From a virus, in the IMG/VR virus record IMGVR_UViG_3300045988_102008, positions 1-64,000 of that record: a DNA stretch of 64,000 nucleotides; one strand, written 5' to 3'. Below the pieces are notes generated by a model. That model saw nothing but the letters and a program-made list of their open reading frames with translations. It had not been told where the DNA came from and did not search any database. The translations under genes were made by a program, and so were the position numbers. Of this stretch, positions 1 to 8,659 are shown in pieces (the stretch's first letter is position 1; each line of letters opens with the position of its first letter).

Positions 1-210
1 TCTTCCAACAAAATTAAGGATTGCAGAGCTTTAAAACAGCATTTTGTAGTTTCTTCCAACAAAACTCAATAGATCAGAGCTTTAAAACAGCACAATGTAG
101 GATTTTCCAACAAAATTAAGGATTGCAGAGCTTTAAAACAGCACAATGTAGGATTTTCCAACAAAATTAAGACTTACAGCGTTTTTAAAACAGTATTCTG
201 TAGGTAAGAG
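1..210. repeat. Tandem direct repeat array, ~51-bp unit x4 with decaying identity; the array probably continues upstream of the window
   Basis: Units begin at 1, 52, 103 and 154. Each carries ccaacaaaattaagga..gagctttaaaacagca. Units abut with no unique spacers. Confidence 0.8.
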
Positions 211-276
211 TTAAGGACTGCATTATGTGAGTATTTTTTTTCAATCGGAATGTTTAACAATTAAAACATAAACAAC

Positions 277-555
277 ATGAACGTATATGACTTTGCGCCT
301 GACTTAGATTTGAGTAAGGAGGTAGAAGGTTCTATTTTCGGGGTAAAAGGAATAGAAGGCAGTGATGGAATAGTATATGCTAAGGTAGTTAGCTGTGTAG
401 ACGTTAAGGATTACAGTTGTGATAGGTGTATTTTTTCTGATTGTTATAAGAATGAATGTTTATTATCGCGTAGTGATAGTTGTGTAGATGGAGATTGGAT
501 TTGTAGGTACGAACAGGCTGCCATAGAGGGGGGAGTAGGCGGCGCCTTGGGCTAA
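277..555 (+). CDS. Small Cys-rich protein; paralog of 2121..2369
   Basis: ATG start. Shares the pattern DLS.KE...C..CIF...C....DW.C with ORF 2121..2369. Confidence 0.55.
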   Translation: MNVYDFAPDLDLSKEVEGSIFGVKGIEGSDGIVYAKVVSCVDVKDYSCDRCIFSDCYKNECLLSRSDSCVDGDWICRYEQAAIEGGVGGALG

Positions 556-647
556 GGCCTGCGGTTGTAGGTGGAACGTAGGTCGGAGCAGAGCCGGAAC
601 GGTTTATTGTGGAACTAAAAAAAAAATAAAAAGGAGGAGATAGCGAT

Positions 648-728
648 ATGAAAAAGGCATTTAAGATATTTTCTATTATGTTTGTCATAGAAATAGTGCT
701 GATAGCTATTTTAGATGCTATGGCGTAA
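648..728 (+). CDS. Tiny hydrophobic peptide (26 aa, MKKAFKIFSIMFVIEIVLIAILDAMA)
   Basis: A strong SD (AAAGGAGGAGA) lies 8 nt upstream of the ATG. Below the ORF-track size cutoff. Confidence 0.25.
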   Translation: MKKAFKIFSIMFVIEIVLIAILDAMA

Positions 729-775
729 GTGAGAAAAATTTCTTCATTAATTTTCTTATGCTTTAGACAGAATGC

Positions 776-857
776 TCCCATCTGCGAAGATCGGAGCATT
801 TGCTTTATGGGATTCATGGTGCGGTAGGCTGGTTCGATTCCGGCGATCTCACACAAC
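776..857 (+). other. tRNA-like element with a canonical T-arm (GCTGG-TTCGATT-CCGGC) then GATCTCACA; a full cloverleaf could not be folded by eye
   Basis: GGTTCGATTCC T-loop consensus. The 3' half is paralogous to the element at 2040-2103. Lies in ORF-free intergenic DNA. Confidence 0.3.
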
Positions 858-875
858 ATTAAAATAGGGAAGAAC

Positions 876-1280
876 ATGTTAAAAGAAGAATTTGAAGAAC
901 TGATTAAAAGGGAGGTAAACGAAAATCAGTATAAAAACATAGAAACGGCATACGAGGCTTTGCCGGAGTATATGGATAAGATGTATTTAGCAAATGCTAT
1001 TTCAAATGATATTGGGAAAGCTATTAATGTCTTATCGTTTTTAGGATCGTATATAAGCGAGTTAATGGGTTCGATAATAATCGAAAGGCAAAAGGTGGAA
1101 TCATGTGCCTATGATTTAATAAATAAATCGCATGAGGAGGATGACTTGAAAGCAAGAGAGATTGCCGTGCGATTAATAGGAGAGAGGGAAACAGTGGCAT
1201 ACACAGTAAAAGAAGGGCTGCCATTGTGGGAACAAGATAAAAAGTTTATAATAGAATTAATGAAGGAGGAAAGAAAATGA
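876..1280 (+). CDS. Hypothetical protein
   Basis: ATG-initiated ORF of 134 aa, tightly packed with neighbours. Confidence 0.55.
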   Translation: MLKEEFEELIKREVNENQYKNIETAYEALPEYMDKMYLANAISNDIGKAINVLSFLGSYISELMGSIIIERQKVESCAYDLINKSHEEDDLKAREIAVRLIGERETVAYTVKEGLPLWEQDKKFIIELMKEERK

Positions 1281-1618
1281 AAGACGGTATTGTATTGCAT
1301 CCAGAGCATGGGTTGAATCCATCCATAGAACTATGCATAGTATGCGGCGAAGAGATGGGGATTGCTTTATTAGGGAATAACATCAAAGGGCAGGCGCCGC
1401 ATCATATATGCACGGGCGGAGTATGTGACAATTGCAAAAAGATAATAGATGACGGAGGCTGTTTTATTATCGAAGTCGAGGATGGATCAGATCAAAAGAA
1501 TCCGTATCGTACAGGGAGATATTGTGCGATAAAGAAAGAGGCGGCAAAGAAGATATTTGGACAGGAGCATAATATTGTGTACATGGAAAAGTCTGCATAC
1601 AGTCAAATAATACCATAA
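1277..1618 (+). CDS. Cys-rich putative zinc-binding protein
   Basis: ATGA overlap with the upstream gene. CxxC...CxxC pattern (CIVCGEE..CDNCKK). Confidence 0.55.
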   Translation: MKDGIVLHPEHGLNPSIELCIVCGEEMGIALLGNNIKGQAPHHICTGGVCDNCKKIIDDGGCFIIEVEDGSDQKNPYRTGRYCAIKKEAAKKIFGQEHNIVYMEKSAYSQIIP

Positions 1619-1632
1619 AAATAAAGAAGGAT

Positions 1633-1947
1633 ATGTTTACAAAAGAAGAGCGATTATTCATATGGAAAAAGGTATATGAGATGATTGATAGGTTAGAGGA
1701 TGGGGAATACATATGTGTTGCGTTAAGAAATGTAGTGTTTATGTATCTCAAAACACATAAAAATATATATGAGTTTCGTTCAGACGAAATGGTGAGAATA
1801 TATTTCCCGGAATTGGAGGAGAAGATAAGTATGGCCACAGAACCAGAGGAAACAAGAACGTTTTATGGGTGGTTTGGTTGTCTTAGTCCAGAAACGAAGG
1901 AGGTAAGGCTGAATATTGTGAAAGATATTATAAAAGAATTAGAATAG
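1633..1947 (+). CDS. Hypothetical protein
   Basis: ATG start with SD-like AAGAAGGA upstream. 104 aa. Confidence 0.55.
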   Translation: MFTKEERLFIWKKVYEMIDRLEDGEYICVALRNVVFMYLKTHKNIYEFRSDEMVRIYFPELEEKISMATEPEETRTFYGWFGCLSPETKEVRLNIVKDIIKELE

Positions 1948-1993
1948 TATTTTTGTTAATCTATTTTATTCATCAAATTAAGTTTTGGGTTTT

Positions 1994-2033
1994 GGCATGT
2001 CGGTTCGTGAGGATAGACATGCCTATTTCTGTA
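1994..2033 (+). terminator. Putative intrinsic terminator
   Basis: 8-bp GC-rich stem ggcatgtc/gacatgcc followed by tatttctgtat. Confidence 0.5.
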
Positions 2034-2039
2034 TCATAG

Positions 2040-2103
2040 AGGGATGACGCGGCGTGCCGGTGCGTATGTGCCGGTCCTGGTTCGATTCTGGGCATCTCAC
2101 AAA
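2040..2103 (+). other. Second tRNA-like T-arm element (CCTGG-TTCGATT-CTGGG + CATCTCACA), paralogous to 776-857
   Basis: Same ggttcgattc...atctcaca 3' module as the first element. Cloverleaf not resolved. Confidence 0.3.
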
Positions 2104-2120
2104 CAATAAAACATAATTAT

Positions 2121-2369
2121 ATGGAAGTAATAACATTCGGTCCGAACATGGATTTGTCTTCTAAAGAAGCAGGGGATGTATTTAGATTAAAATTGTATGG
2201 CATAGAGTATGAGGTCAAAGTAGTTAGTGACGACGAAGAGCCTGTTATGTTCTGCAAAGATTGTATATTTTTTAACAACACAGGACGGTGTTCACTCTCA
2301 GAATCGCAAGACTGGTGCCTTAAAAAGCAAGTTGTTTACTGTAAAATAAGACATGATGAGAGAATTTAA
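2121..2369 (+). CDS. Small Cys-rich protein; paralog of 277..555
   Basis: ATG start. Conserved Cys spacing shared with ORF 277..555. Confidence 0.55.
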   Translation: MEVITFGPNMDLSSKEAGDVFRLKLYGIEYEVKVVSDDEEPVMFCKDCIFFNNTGRCSLSESQDWCLKKQVVYCKIRHDERI

Positions 2370-2550
2370 TACGAAAGACGCCAATTTCTTATGGTGTCAA
2401 ATGGGTAAGATTGACGGGGTGATAGAAACTCTGAACCGTACCGGAGGAGAAATGCCGACAATTATAGCCGGAGTGCTAAAAAGAATAAGAGACGATATAG
2501 ATAAGTTTGTAGATAATAAAACGAAAGATTATGAGAATATACAAGAATGA
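2353..2550 (+). CDS. Hypothetical small protein
   Basis: ATG start, 65 aa, chained with neighbouring genes. Confidence 0.45.
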   Translation: MMREFNTKDANFLWCQMGKIDGVIETLNRTGGEMPTIIAGVLKRIRDDIDKFVDNKTKDYENIQE

Positions 2551-2764
2551 TATTATAAAGGCGTCAGCAATAAGCACCGGAGCCGACAGAGGTGTGTTGC
2601 TGTGTTCAATAACAGATTCAGGCTTTACGTCTATAGCGGGCGTAATATCGGCTGTTAAGGATAAGTTACCAAACGAAGATCACAAGAAGATGGTTTTTGA
2701 AATCTTGAATGATACGAAAAAAGAGTACGGAAGATATAATAATTGCGGAACAAAAGTATTGTAA
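2531..2764 (+). CDS. Hypothetical small protein
   Basis: ATG start, 77 aa. Confidence 0.45.
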   Translation: MRIYKNDIIKASAISTGADRGVLLCSITDSGFTSIAGVISAVKDKLPNEDHKKMVFEILNDTKKEYGRYNNCGTKVL

Positions 2765-2883
2765 TAAAGAGTAGAAAACAATATGTTTATGTAATATTAG
2801 TTTTTTCATTTTTATTGAAAGGAGCGCCGGCCTGTGAAGGTATGCGCTCTTTGTATTTGTATAATACATAAAACAATAATAAT

Positions 2884-3138
2884 ATGACAGATAATAACAT
2901 AGATGTGAATATCGTACCTGTAAGGAATGGTGCGAAACGAGTTGTGGTATCATATTATCATTATTCACGCAAGGACAAAAATCACATGAGTTCTCAAACG
3001 GATTACGTGTGGGAAACAAAGAATGAAGAAATGTTTAAATACTTTGAGGCCAGGAGGACAAAAGTATTTTATAGTCAGATTCGTGCCACGTGTAGATTCT
3101 ATGGCAAGAAAAATGTACGTAAATACAAAAAGCTATGA
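2884..3138 (+). CDS. Hypothetical protein
   Basis: ATG start, 84 aa. Confidence 0.5.
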   Translation: MTDNNIDVNIVPVRNGAKRVVVSYYHYSRKDKNHMSSQTDYVWETKNEEMFKYFEARRTKVFYSQIRATCRFYGKKNVRKYKKL

Positions 3139-3944
3139 TATTAAAAACGACAACCAACGAGTTTTGTTTCATCAGCGTAAGTTTCTATGAAACAATAGCA
3201 GATCCTCGATATTTCTTTGAACAAGATTATGAAGAGATGCCGGAATATGAGGAAGAATCGGATTTTGATTTTGATTCTTATTGCAATAAGTTTATTCCTT
3301 TTGTACAGGAATGGGCGAATGAGGTAAGTGAACGCCTTTACGGATATGGCGTGAATAACATAAAGGTAACATCGGTCGGACATCCGAGAGAATATAATTA
3401 TGGTACTGATTGGATGAACATAGAGGTAGAGTTTTGTGATGAATGGAGGCAAAAGATGTTATCTAACATTGGTAAGATTATCAATGATGATAAATGCAAG
3501 AAGTATGCGGAGGCTAATTATAGGTCGGTATCAGGATACATCTTTTTAGGGCCTGAAGATTTAAAGGAATTTGAAAAGGAAATAATAGAAAGAAAGTCGG
3601 ATTCTGGATATGATGTAACAGTATTATTAAATATGTATCTAACTTTGGCTTTTGTAAAAGAATTTGGATTTAAAGCCGGAGAAGCGTGGAGTGAAATAAC
3701 AGTACATGCTTACGAATGTTTATCATATTCTGATTTTGCAACAACAGAGATGCTTATACCGGAAGGTTCAGAGCATTTATTCAAAGACATTTACACGGCA
3801 AAGGCCGACGAATTATATCATCATGTCCTGGATAAATTCGGATGGGCGTGGCGTGATCCGAAATATAAATCGGAAACAGAATTATGCGCGATGTTAAAGT
3901 GGGCAAAAGAGAAAGGCTTAACCATTGAAGAGTTAAGTATTTAA
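3135..3944 (+). CDS. Hypothetical acidic protein (269 aa)
   Basis: ATGA overlap with the upstream ORF. Long ORF with no competing frame. Confidence 0.6.
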   Translation: MILKTTTNEFCFISVSFYETIADPRYFFEQDYEEMPEYEEESDFDFDSYCNKFIPFVQEWANEVSERLYGYGVNNIKVTSVGHPREYNYGTDWMNIEVEFCDEWRQKMLSNIGKIINDDKCKKYAEANYRSVSGYIFLGPEDLKEFEKEIIERKSDSGYDVTVLLNMYLTLAFVKEFGFKAGEAWSEITVHAYECLSYSDFATTEMLIPEGSEHLFKDIYTAKADELYHHVLDKFGWAWRDPKYKSETELCAMLKWAKEKGLTIEELSI

Positions 3945-3971
3945 TTGTTAAACATAAGGCAGTAGTGGTGC

Positions 3972-4256
3972 GTGAGTATAGGTGCTGCCGTTAAATTATT
4001 TTATAATATGAAAAAGGAAGAGATTCAAACTATTTTATACACAATCAAAGAAGGAGATAGTATTAAGATTAAAGTACAAGACAAAAGTGAAGAAATAAGA
4101 CTACGGGACCATGTAAGAAGAGTACAGAAATACGGATACAGGTTTTGTTTGTCTCATTTGCATGATGGAATTTTCTATCTGGAGAAGTTGGAAGAGGGAG
4201 ATAAAGATAAATACTATAGAGTAATAAACAGAGGAAATGGAAAGACCGGAGTATAA
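3972..4256 (+). CDS. Hypothetical protein (GTG start at 3972, or ATG at 4008)
   Basis: The track ORF begins with GTG. The first in-frame ATG is at 4008. Confidence 0.5.
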   Translation: MSIGAAVKLFYNMKKEEIQTILYTIKEGDSIKIKVQDKSEEIRLRDHVRRVQKYGYRFCLSHLHDGIFYLEKLEEGDKDKYYRVINRGNGKTGV

Positions 4257-4530
4257 TAAGCTACGCAAAATGGCTAAGACTACTCCAGGTTTGATAGTGG
4301 ACGAGGCGCAAAACATGATGCGTGTATCGCTGTATGATAATGGGGAACTTAAGAAGGTGGTAGTAGTAATGAAATGCGATTCTTTTTTACAGTCAAAAAG
4401 TAACATAGAAAAGATAATGTTATTATCATCTTCTATAGAAGATAGAAAAAACAAAGAAAAAAATAAAACAAAATCAGAAAATGAACAGAATAACAAAAAT
4501 AAGAGAAGAAATAGGAGGAAAACAGGTTGA
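4237..4530 (+). CDS. Hypothetical protein with a K/N-rich C-terminus
   Basis: ATG start with AGGAA upstream. Confidence 0.45.
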   Translation: MERPEYNKLRKMAKTTPGLIVDEAQNMMRVSLYDNGELKKVVVVMKCDSFLQSKSNIEKIMLLSSSIEDRKNKEKNKTKSENEQNNKNKRRNRRKTG

Positions 4531-4864
4531 TTTGACCTTTTACGGGCGCTTTTGCAGCCTTATCGAAGGTGATAGAAAGATAATACTAAGGGCGATAAAA
4601 AACGGTCGAAAGAAGGGCGTAATAGGAGCCATTCAGCCTGGGAGGCATGATAGAATTTGGACCACATGGTCTGTCGCTTTTGAGGATCTGAAGGTAGGGG
4701 ATACGGTAGAGTTCAGTACATCTGGGAAATACAATCCAGGTTTTCATTCTACAGAAAAGTATGTAGGGTGTGTAGAATGGATAAAAGGATCGGAATGTGC
4801 GATAAAAACCGGTAAGGGAATAGCAGTAGTATTAATTAAACACGTGGAAAGGGTGGTAAAATAA
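4481..4864 (+). CDS. Hypothetical protein
   Basis: ATG start, 127 aa. Overlaps the upstream ORF by 50 nt. Confidence 0.5.
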   Translation: MNRITKIREEIGGKQVDLTFYGRFCSLIEGDRKIILRAIKNGRKKGVIGAIQPGRHDRIWTTWSVAFEDLKVGDTVEFSTSGKYNPGFHSTEKYVGCVEWIKGSECAIKTGKGIAVVLIKHVERVVK

Positions 4865-5145
4865 TGGATTTAAGGATGTTTATAGACCTATTTCAGGAGA
4901 TTGAGGTAGAGAACTTGTTTAAAGCGTTAGATTTATGTATGGAATATGTAAGATTAGATTTACATGTGTTTAATGTAGGAGCTTATGTAACATGTTCATA
5001 CAGTAACGATCTTGAATCGCTTTCACAGGCAGAAGGTTGTAATGTGAATATGATAATAGAGGTGCCCTACTTGTTTGAAGCATTTATGGAATACGCTTCA
5101 CCGGAACTGAAAGCTTATTATGATGAACTAACAAAAGAAGTATGA
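4864..5145 (+). CDS. Hypothetical protein
   Basis: ATG overlapping the upstream stop codon. Confidence 0.5.
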   Translation: MDLRMFIDLFQEIEVENLFKALDLCMEYVRLDLHVFNVGAYVTCSYSNDLESLSQAEGCNVNMIIEVPYLFEAFMEYASPELKAYYDELTKEV

Positions 5146-5615
5146 AAGAGGAAGTAAAACGGATAAAGAAGTTGGTAGGCATAGATCATAACAGATGGGA
5201 GCAACCTTGTACATGTGATAAATGCAAGAACATGTGTAAGGTTCCTTGTATTGGTACGCCAAAAGACATAGAGGCTATCATAGATGCCGGATACGCTGAC
5301 AGGTTAAAAGAAACAATGTGGATGGTAGGGTATCTTGCAGTGAAAGAAAAACCAATAGCGATGATCCAGCCGACAGAGAAAGACGGATGGTGCGCATTCC
5401 GCCAGCCGGACGGTCTCTGCGAGCTGCATGACCGTGGACTAAAGCCGACCGAAGGAGTTCTGGCTTCTTGTAAGGTGATTGAAGAAGACAATGTCCCAAC
5501 ATATGAAACGTCTGTACTTAGAGCAGTAGCTCATGAGTGGGTTAAGGTAGAGAACTTCGCAACTATAATGAGGGTCGTTTTTAAATACTTGCATGAAAAT
5601 GAACGTAGAAAATAA
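5142..5615 (+). CDS. Cys-rich hypothetical protein
   Basis: ATGA overlap. CTCDKCKNMCKVPC motif. Confidence 0.55.
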   Translation: MKEEVKRIKKLVGIDHNRWEQPCTCDKCKNMCKVPCIGTPKDIEAIIDAGYADRLKETMWMVGYLAVKEKPIAMIQPTEKDGWCAFRQPDGLCELHDRGLKPTEGVLASCKVIEEDNVPTYETSVLRAVAHEWVKVENFATIMRVVFKYLHENERRK

Positions 5616-6003
5616 ATTAGATAAAGTGGTTAAGATCCTAAAAGAAAAAGGATTTATTGTGTATAAGAAAGGCGGGAAAGAGCCAGGTGTGTTTTATGCT
5701 AAAGAAGGCGACAGTCGAATAGGGTTCGTTTATCCAAACAACGGATATATATACGACAGGATAAAAATATGGTCTTTTTCAAGGGTGTATAAACCGCATA
5801 AGAAAACAGGGTCTTCGTGTTTAATGTGTGTCAGCGACGAATTTACTATAGAGAATGCGATTAAGAACATAGAGGATAGACTGTGGGTAAATTACATAAA
5901 AGACGGTAACAGAAAACGACCAGAAGAATATAAAAATATAAGAGAATTTGTTGGTAGCTTCACTAAATTCTACAGCTCTGTAGAATTAGTTGAGGTTAAG
6001 TAG
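5593..6003 (+). CDS. Hypothetical protein
   Basis: ATG start, 136 aa. Confidence 0.55.
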   Translation: MKMNVENKLDKVVKILKEKGFIVYKKGGKEPGVFYAKEGDSRIGFVYPNNGYIYDRIKIWSFSRVYKPHKKTGSSCLMCVSDEFTIENAIKNIEDRLWVNYIKDGNRKRPEEYKNIREFVGSFTKFYSSVELVEVK

Positions 6004-6080
6004 TTTACATGCGAGTTAGTTGCCGGCACTGGTCTGTGAAGATAGGTGTCGTTTTTTTTATTCAAGAAAGGAGAACAAAG

Positions 6081-6332
6081 ATGGAGAAAAGAGACAGGGA
6101 GATGCCTTACGAGGTAGTCATACAGGAAAGAAAAAGAGTGGATTTATACGGTAACGTAGTGTATTATATCTACTGGTTTGATAAATATGGGAACGATATT
6201 ACAAACGAATGGAAATTCTGGAGCAAGGGTCCGAAAAAGAAATACGATAGAGTTAATCGTTATCTAACGGATAGTTGGATAAAGGAATACTGTAAGAACA
6301 ACAATTTAAAAATAAGTAGAATAAAGGAATGA
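6081..6332 (+). CDS. Hypothetical protein (ATG at 6081 preferred over the track start at 6009)
   Basis: An SD-like aaaggagaacaaag lies immediately upstream of ATG 6081. Confidence 0.5.
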   Translation: MEKRDREMPYEVVIQERKRVDLYGNVVYYIYWFDKYGNDITNEWKFWSKGPKKKYDRVNRYLTDSWIKEYCKNNNLKISRIKE

Positions 6333-6419
6333 AGCCAGGAAAGTATGTTATGGTAACAAACGAGCGTGGCGCCTTGGATGTTATAAAAGAAAAATTTGAC
6401 AACATAAATATAGTGGAAT

Positions 6420-6779
6420 ATGGATCTGAATGAATTGTACAAAGAAATAGAAAAAGCAGAGGTTGATCTGAATGCAAAAAGATTAAAGTACATCAAAGAG
6501 GCATTAGCGGAGAACGGTGGAAGTATAAAGCTAAAATTTAAAGAATGGCGAGAAGCTAATAATACGTTTGACTTTGATGATCAGTTTCCGGTGATAATAG
6601 AAATTAATGGGATTCCTATGTTTTTAACGGAGGTGTATGTCAAAAAAAACGATTTTCGTATAGTTCTGCTGGATTATGATGATATGACTTTAGGTGATTA
6701 TGATAATACAGGGGAAAATGAACAGGTTGCTTATTTTATTAACTATTGTTTAAATCAAGACAAAGATGGGAAAGAGTAG
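6420..6779 (+). CDS. Hypothetical protein
   Basis: ATG start, 119 aa. Confidence 0.5.
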   Translation: MDLNELYKEIEKAEVDLNAKRLKYIKEALAENGGSIKLKFKEWREANNTFDFDDQFPVIIEINGIPMFLTEVYVKKNDFRIVLLDYDDMTLGDYDNTGENEQVAYFINYCLNQDKDGKE

Positions 6780-6954
6780 AAAAGATTATGAGAAGTTTCT
6801 TAACTCAATATCTCCAGATAGAGACGATGAGGCATGGATCATTGGAGGAAAGAACAGGTATTGCGGTAGAGAGAATTATGGCACTATGATCAAAAGGTAT
6901 GATCCTATTGGTTTTAATGTAGGGTACAGAGAGTGGGCAGAACAGCCAGAGTAA
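6766..6954 (+). CDS. Hypothetical small protein
   Basis: ATG start, 62 aa. Confidence 0.4.
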   Translation: MGKSRKDYEKFLNSISPDRDDEAWIIGGKNRYCGRENYGTMIKRYDPIGFNVGYREWAEQPE

Positions 6955-7056
6955 GGTGGCGCCTGCCCTGCCATGAGGTCGGCCTGGCTGTCTGTGGCCA
7001 GGACCGTATATTAGTCAGATAGTGAACGACGAAAACAATACAAATGTTTGTTAATT

Positions 7057-7527
7057 ATGAGAGTAGAAGATTTAACGAAGTTTGAAGGAGAATGCCCTAA
7101 CATAGTCATATTTGGTACATATATGGATATTAGGGTTCCATTAACGAAGAAATGGAAGAAAATTATTAACGAGAGAGGAGATAAGCCAAACACGTATCAT
7201 AACTGTTTGATTAGTTATATCTCAGAGCAGATCGCGTTGTCCGGATTCAACATGAAAAGCATTGGGAACTTGTTAATAAAGGGAATAGTTTTCAATCAAA
7301 ACGATTACTATAAGTATAACGACGTAGGAGGATTCCCGGCGACTATCAACAATTTGGGATATTGGGATAAAAACAGGGTAGAGCTAAATGAAGATTTTCA
7401 CACTGTTAGGCTATTTAATACAGTAAGTGTATATGGATTGATGTTTGGACCCATAAAACAAAATAATTTCATTACGCTGGAAAACGATATAATGCAGATT
7501 AATATTGGCAGCATAACTTATATCTAA
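7057..7527 (+). CDS. Hypothetical protein (ATG at 7057; the track start at 7048 is TTG)
   Basis: First ATG in frame. Confidence 0.5.
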   Translation: MRVEDLTKFEGECPNIVIFGTYMDIRVPLTKKWKKIINERGDKPNTYHNCLISYISEQIALSGFNMKSIGNLLIKGIVFNQNDYYKYNDVGGFPATINNLGYWDKNRVELNEDFHTVRLFNTVSVYGLMFGPIKQNNFITLENDIMQINIGSITYI

Positions 7528-7541
7528 AGAGATAAATTAAC

Positions 7542-8147
7542 ATGAAAACGAAGATAGAAAACCTAAGTTTTATAGTCCTGATATCTTTCCAGTTTGGTAT
7601 AGGAACAGATAAGACATATTCATCCGAAGCTATATCAGATTTGAAAAAGGGTAAATACTTCATAGATAAATGTTCAAGTAGAGACGTAATACCTTTAGAA
7701 GAAAGTGATAATGGGTGCGTAGAACATAATTATGTAGGGCGTATAAATTTAGAGGGACTAAATAAACTGTTATGGAATTGGATTTATCCAGACAGCATAA
7801 CCAATACAGGTGGAAGTCTGGCTCTTCAGTATGGATTATGCGAAGCCATCATGTTTGAAGGAACAATAAAACAAAAACATGGCATAGATACGAGTCTTAC
7901 CATATATAAGATGAACAAAGCTATAACAGGGAAGAGTGATACGTATCCGTTGCCATACAGATGTCAGATAGCAGAAGGAATGGCGGGGTATTGCACGTAT
8001 AGTGTATGTGTGACTCCTGTAGAGGAAACGAATGGAGAATATGAATTATGTGAAGAGGTTTTTGATTTCTTTGAATCAATACAAAAACACCCATGTTGCG
8101 ATTGGGAACAAGATTTTGAAGAGTTCTTTTACAACGATAATGATTAG
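7542..8147 (+). CDS. Hypothetical Cys-containing protein with a hydrophobic N-terminus
   Basis: ATG start, 201 aa. N-terminal hydrophobic stretch LSFIVLISFQFGIG. Confidence 0.55.
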   Translation: MKTKIENLSFIVLISFQFGIGTDKTYSSEAISDLKKGKYFIDKCSSRDVIPLEESDNGCVEHNYVGRINLEGLNKLLWNWIYPDSITNTGGSLALQYGLCEAIMFEGTIKQKHGIDTSLTIYKMNKAITGKSDTYPLPYRCQIAEGMAGYCTYSVCVTPVEETNGEYELCEEVFDFFESIQKHPCCDWEQDFEEFFYNDND

Positions 8148-8150
8148 GAT

Positions 8151-8465
8151 ATGACATTCAAAGAATTTATGAAAGAAGTAGGCTATGATCTGATGACTAC
8201 CTTTTGGGAAGATTTCAGCATAGCCGACAAGTATGGTATAGCAGGTGTCAAAGATACCTACAAACGTGCGTTCAGCGAATGGAAAGACGATTATAAGTTC
8301 TTTACAGAATTGACGCTGGTATTGAATCATAAAATCTGGCAGAATTATGAAAGCAATCGTGAACTGGCTGCATTGTATGACCGGTTGTGGCGAGAAGCTG
8401 ACGAGTATGCCATGAACAATTTTAAGGGAGAAGAACTTGATTATTATTACAGAATAACCGATTAG
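8151..8465 (+). CDS. Hypothetical protein
   Basis: ATG start, 104 aa. Confidence 0.5.
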   Translation: MTFKEFMKEVGYDLMTTFWEDFSIADKYGIAGVKDTYKRAFSEWKDDYKFFTELTLVLNHKIWQNYESNRELAALYDRLWREADEYAMNNFKGEELDYYYRITD

Positions 8466-8467
8466 CT

Positions 8468-8644
8468 ATGTTATACCCGTTTTCATTGACGCTTGACTTA
8501 TATATACAAGCCGAATCGTTTGAAGAAGCCAAGAAATTAGCGGAAGCATACGTTCAAGATGCTTCGTTAGATACGACTGACTATCCGGAAATAGTGCAGG
8601 ATGTGTTGGAAGTAGCAGAGTATGAAATAACCGATGTAGAATAA
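8468..8644 (+). CDS. Small acidic protein (58 aa), not in the ORF track
   Basis: ATG 3 nt after the upstream stop. Fills a gap that otherwise has no gene. Confidence 0.35.
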   Translation: MLYPFSLTLDLYIQAESFEEAKKLAEAYVQDASLDTTDYPEIVQDVLEVAEYEITDVE

Positions 8645-8659
8645 CAAATAACCAATATT

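Noticed and set aside
1-210. Possible CRISPR array from the regular repeats
   Set aside because: Repeat units are directly adjacent with a ~51-bp period and there are no unique spacers. No cas genes are nearby. It is a tandem repeat.
1-240. Bacteroidetes-type promoters (TAnnTTTG) in the repeat units
   Set aside because: The motif is present on the reverse strand of each unit. Frequent strong AAGGAGG Shine-Dalgarno sites and GTG/TTG starts elsewhere argue for a non-Bacteroidetes host, so the match is likely coincidental in AT-rich sequence.
776-857. Calling a complete tRNA gene (and another at 2040-2103)
   Set aside because: The T-arm is canonical. I could not find a 5' acceptor strand complementary to any plausible 3' acceptor within ~75 nt, or convincing D and anticodon arms. 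Reported only as tRNA-like.
404-877. 157-aa - strand ORF
   Set aside because: It is antisense to gene 277..555 and to the SD-driven small peptide, and spans the tRNA-like element. It is a shadow ORF in the minus-strand frame of an AT-rich region.
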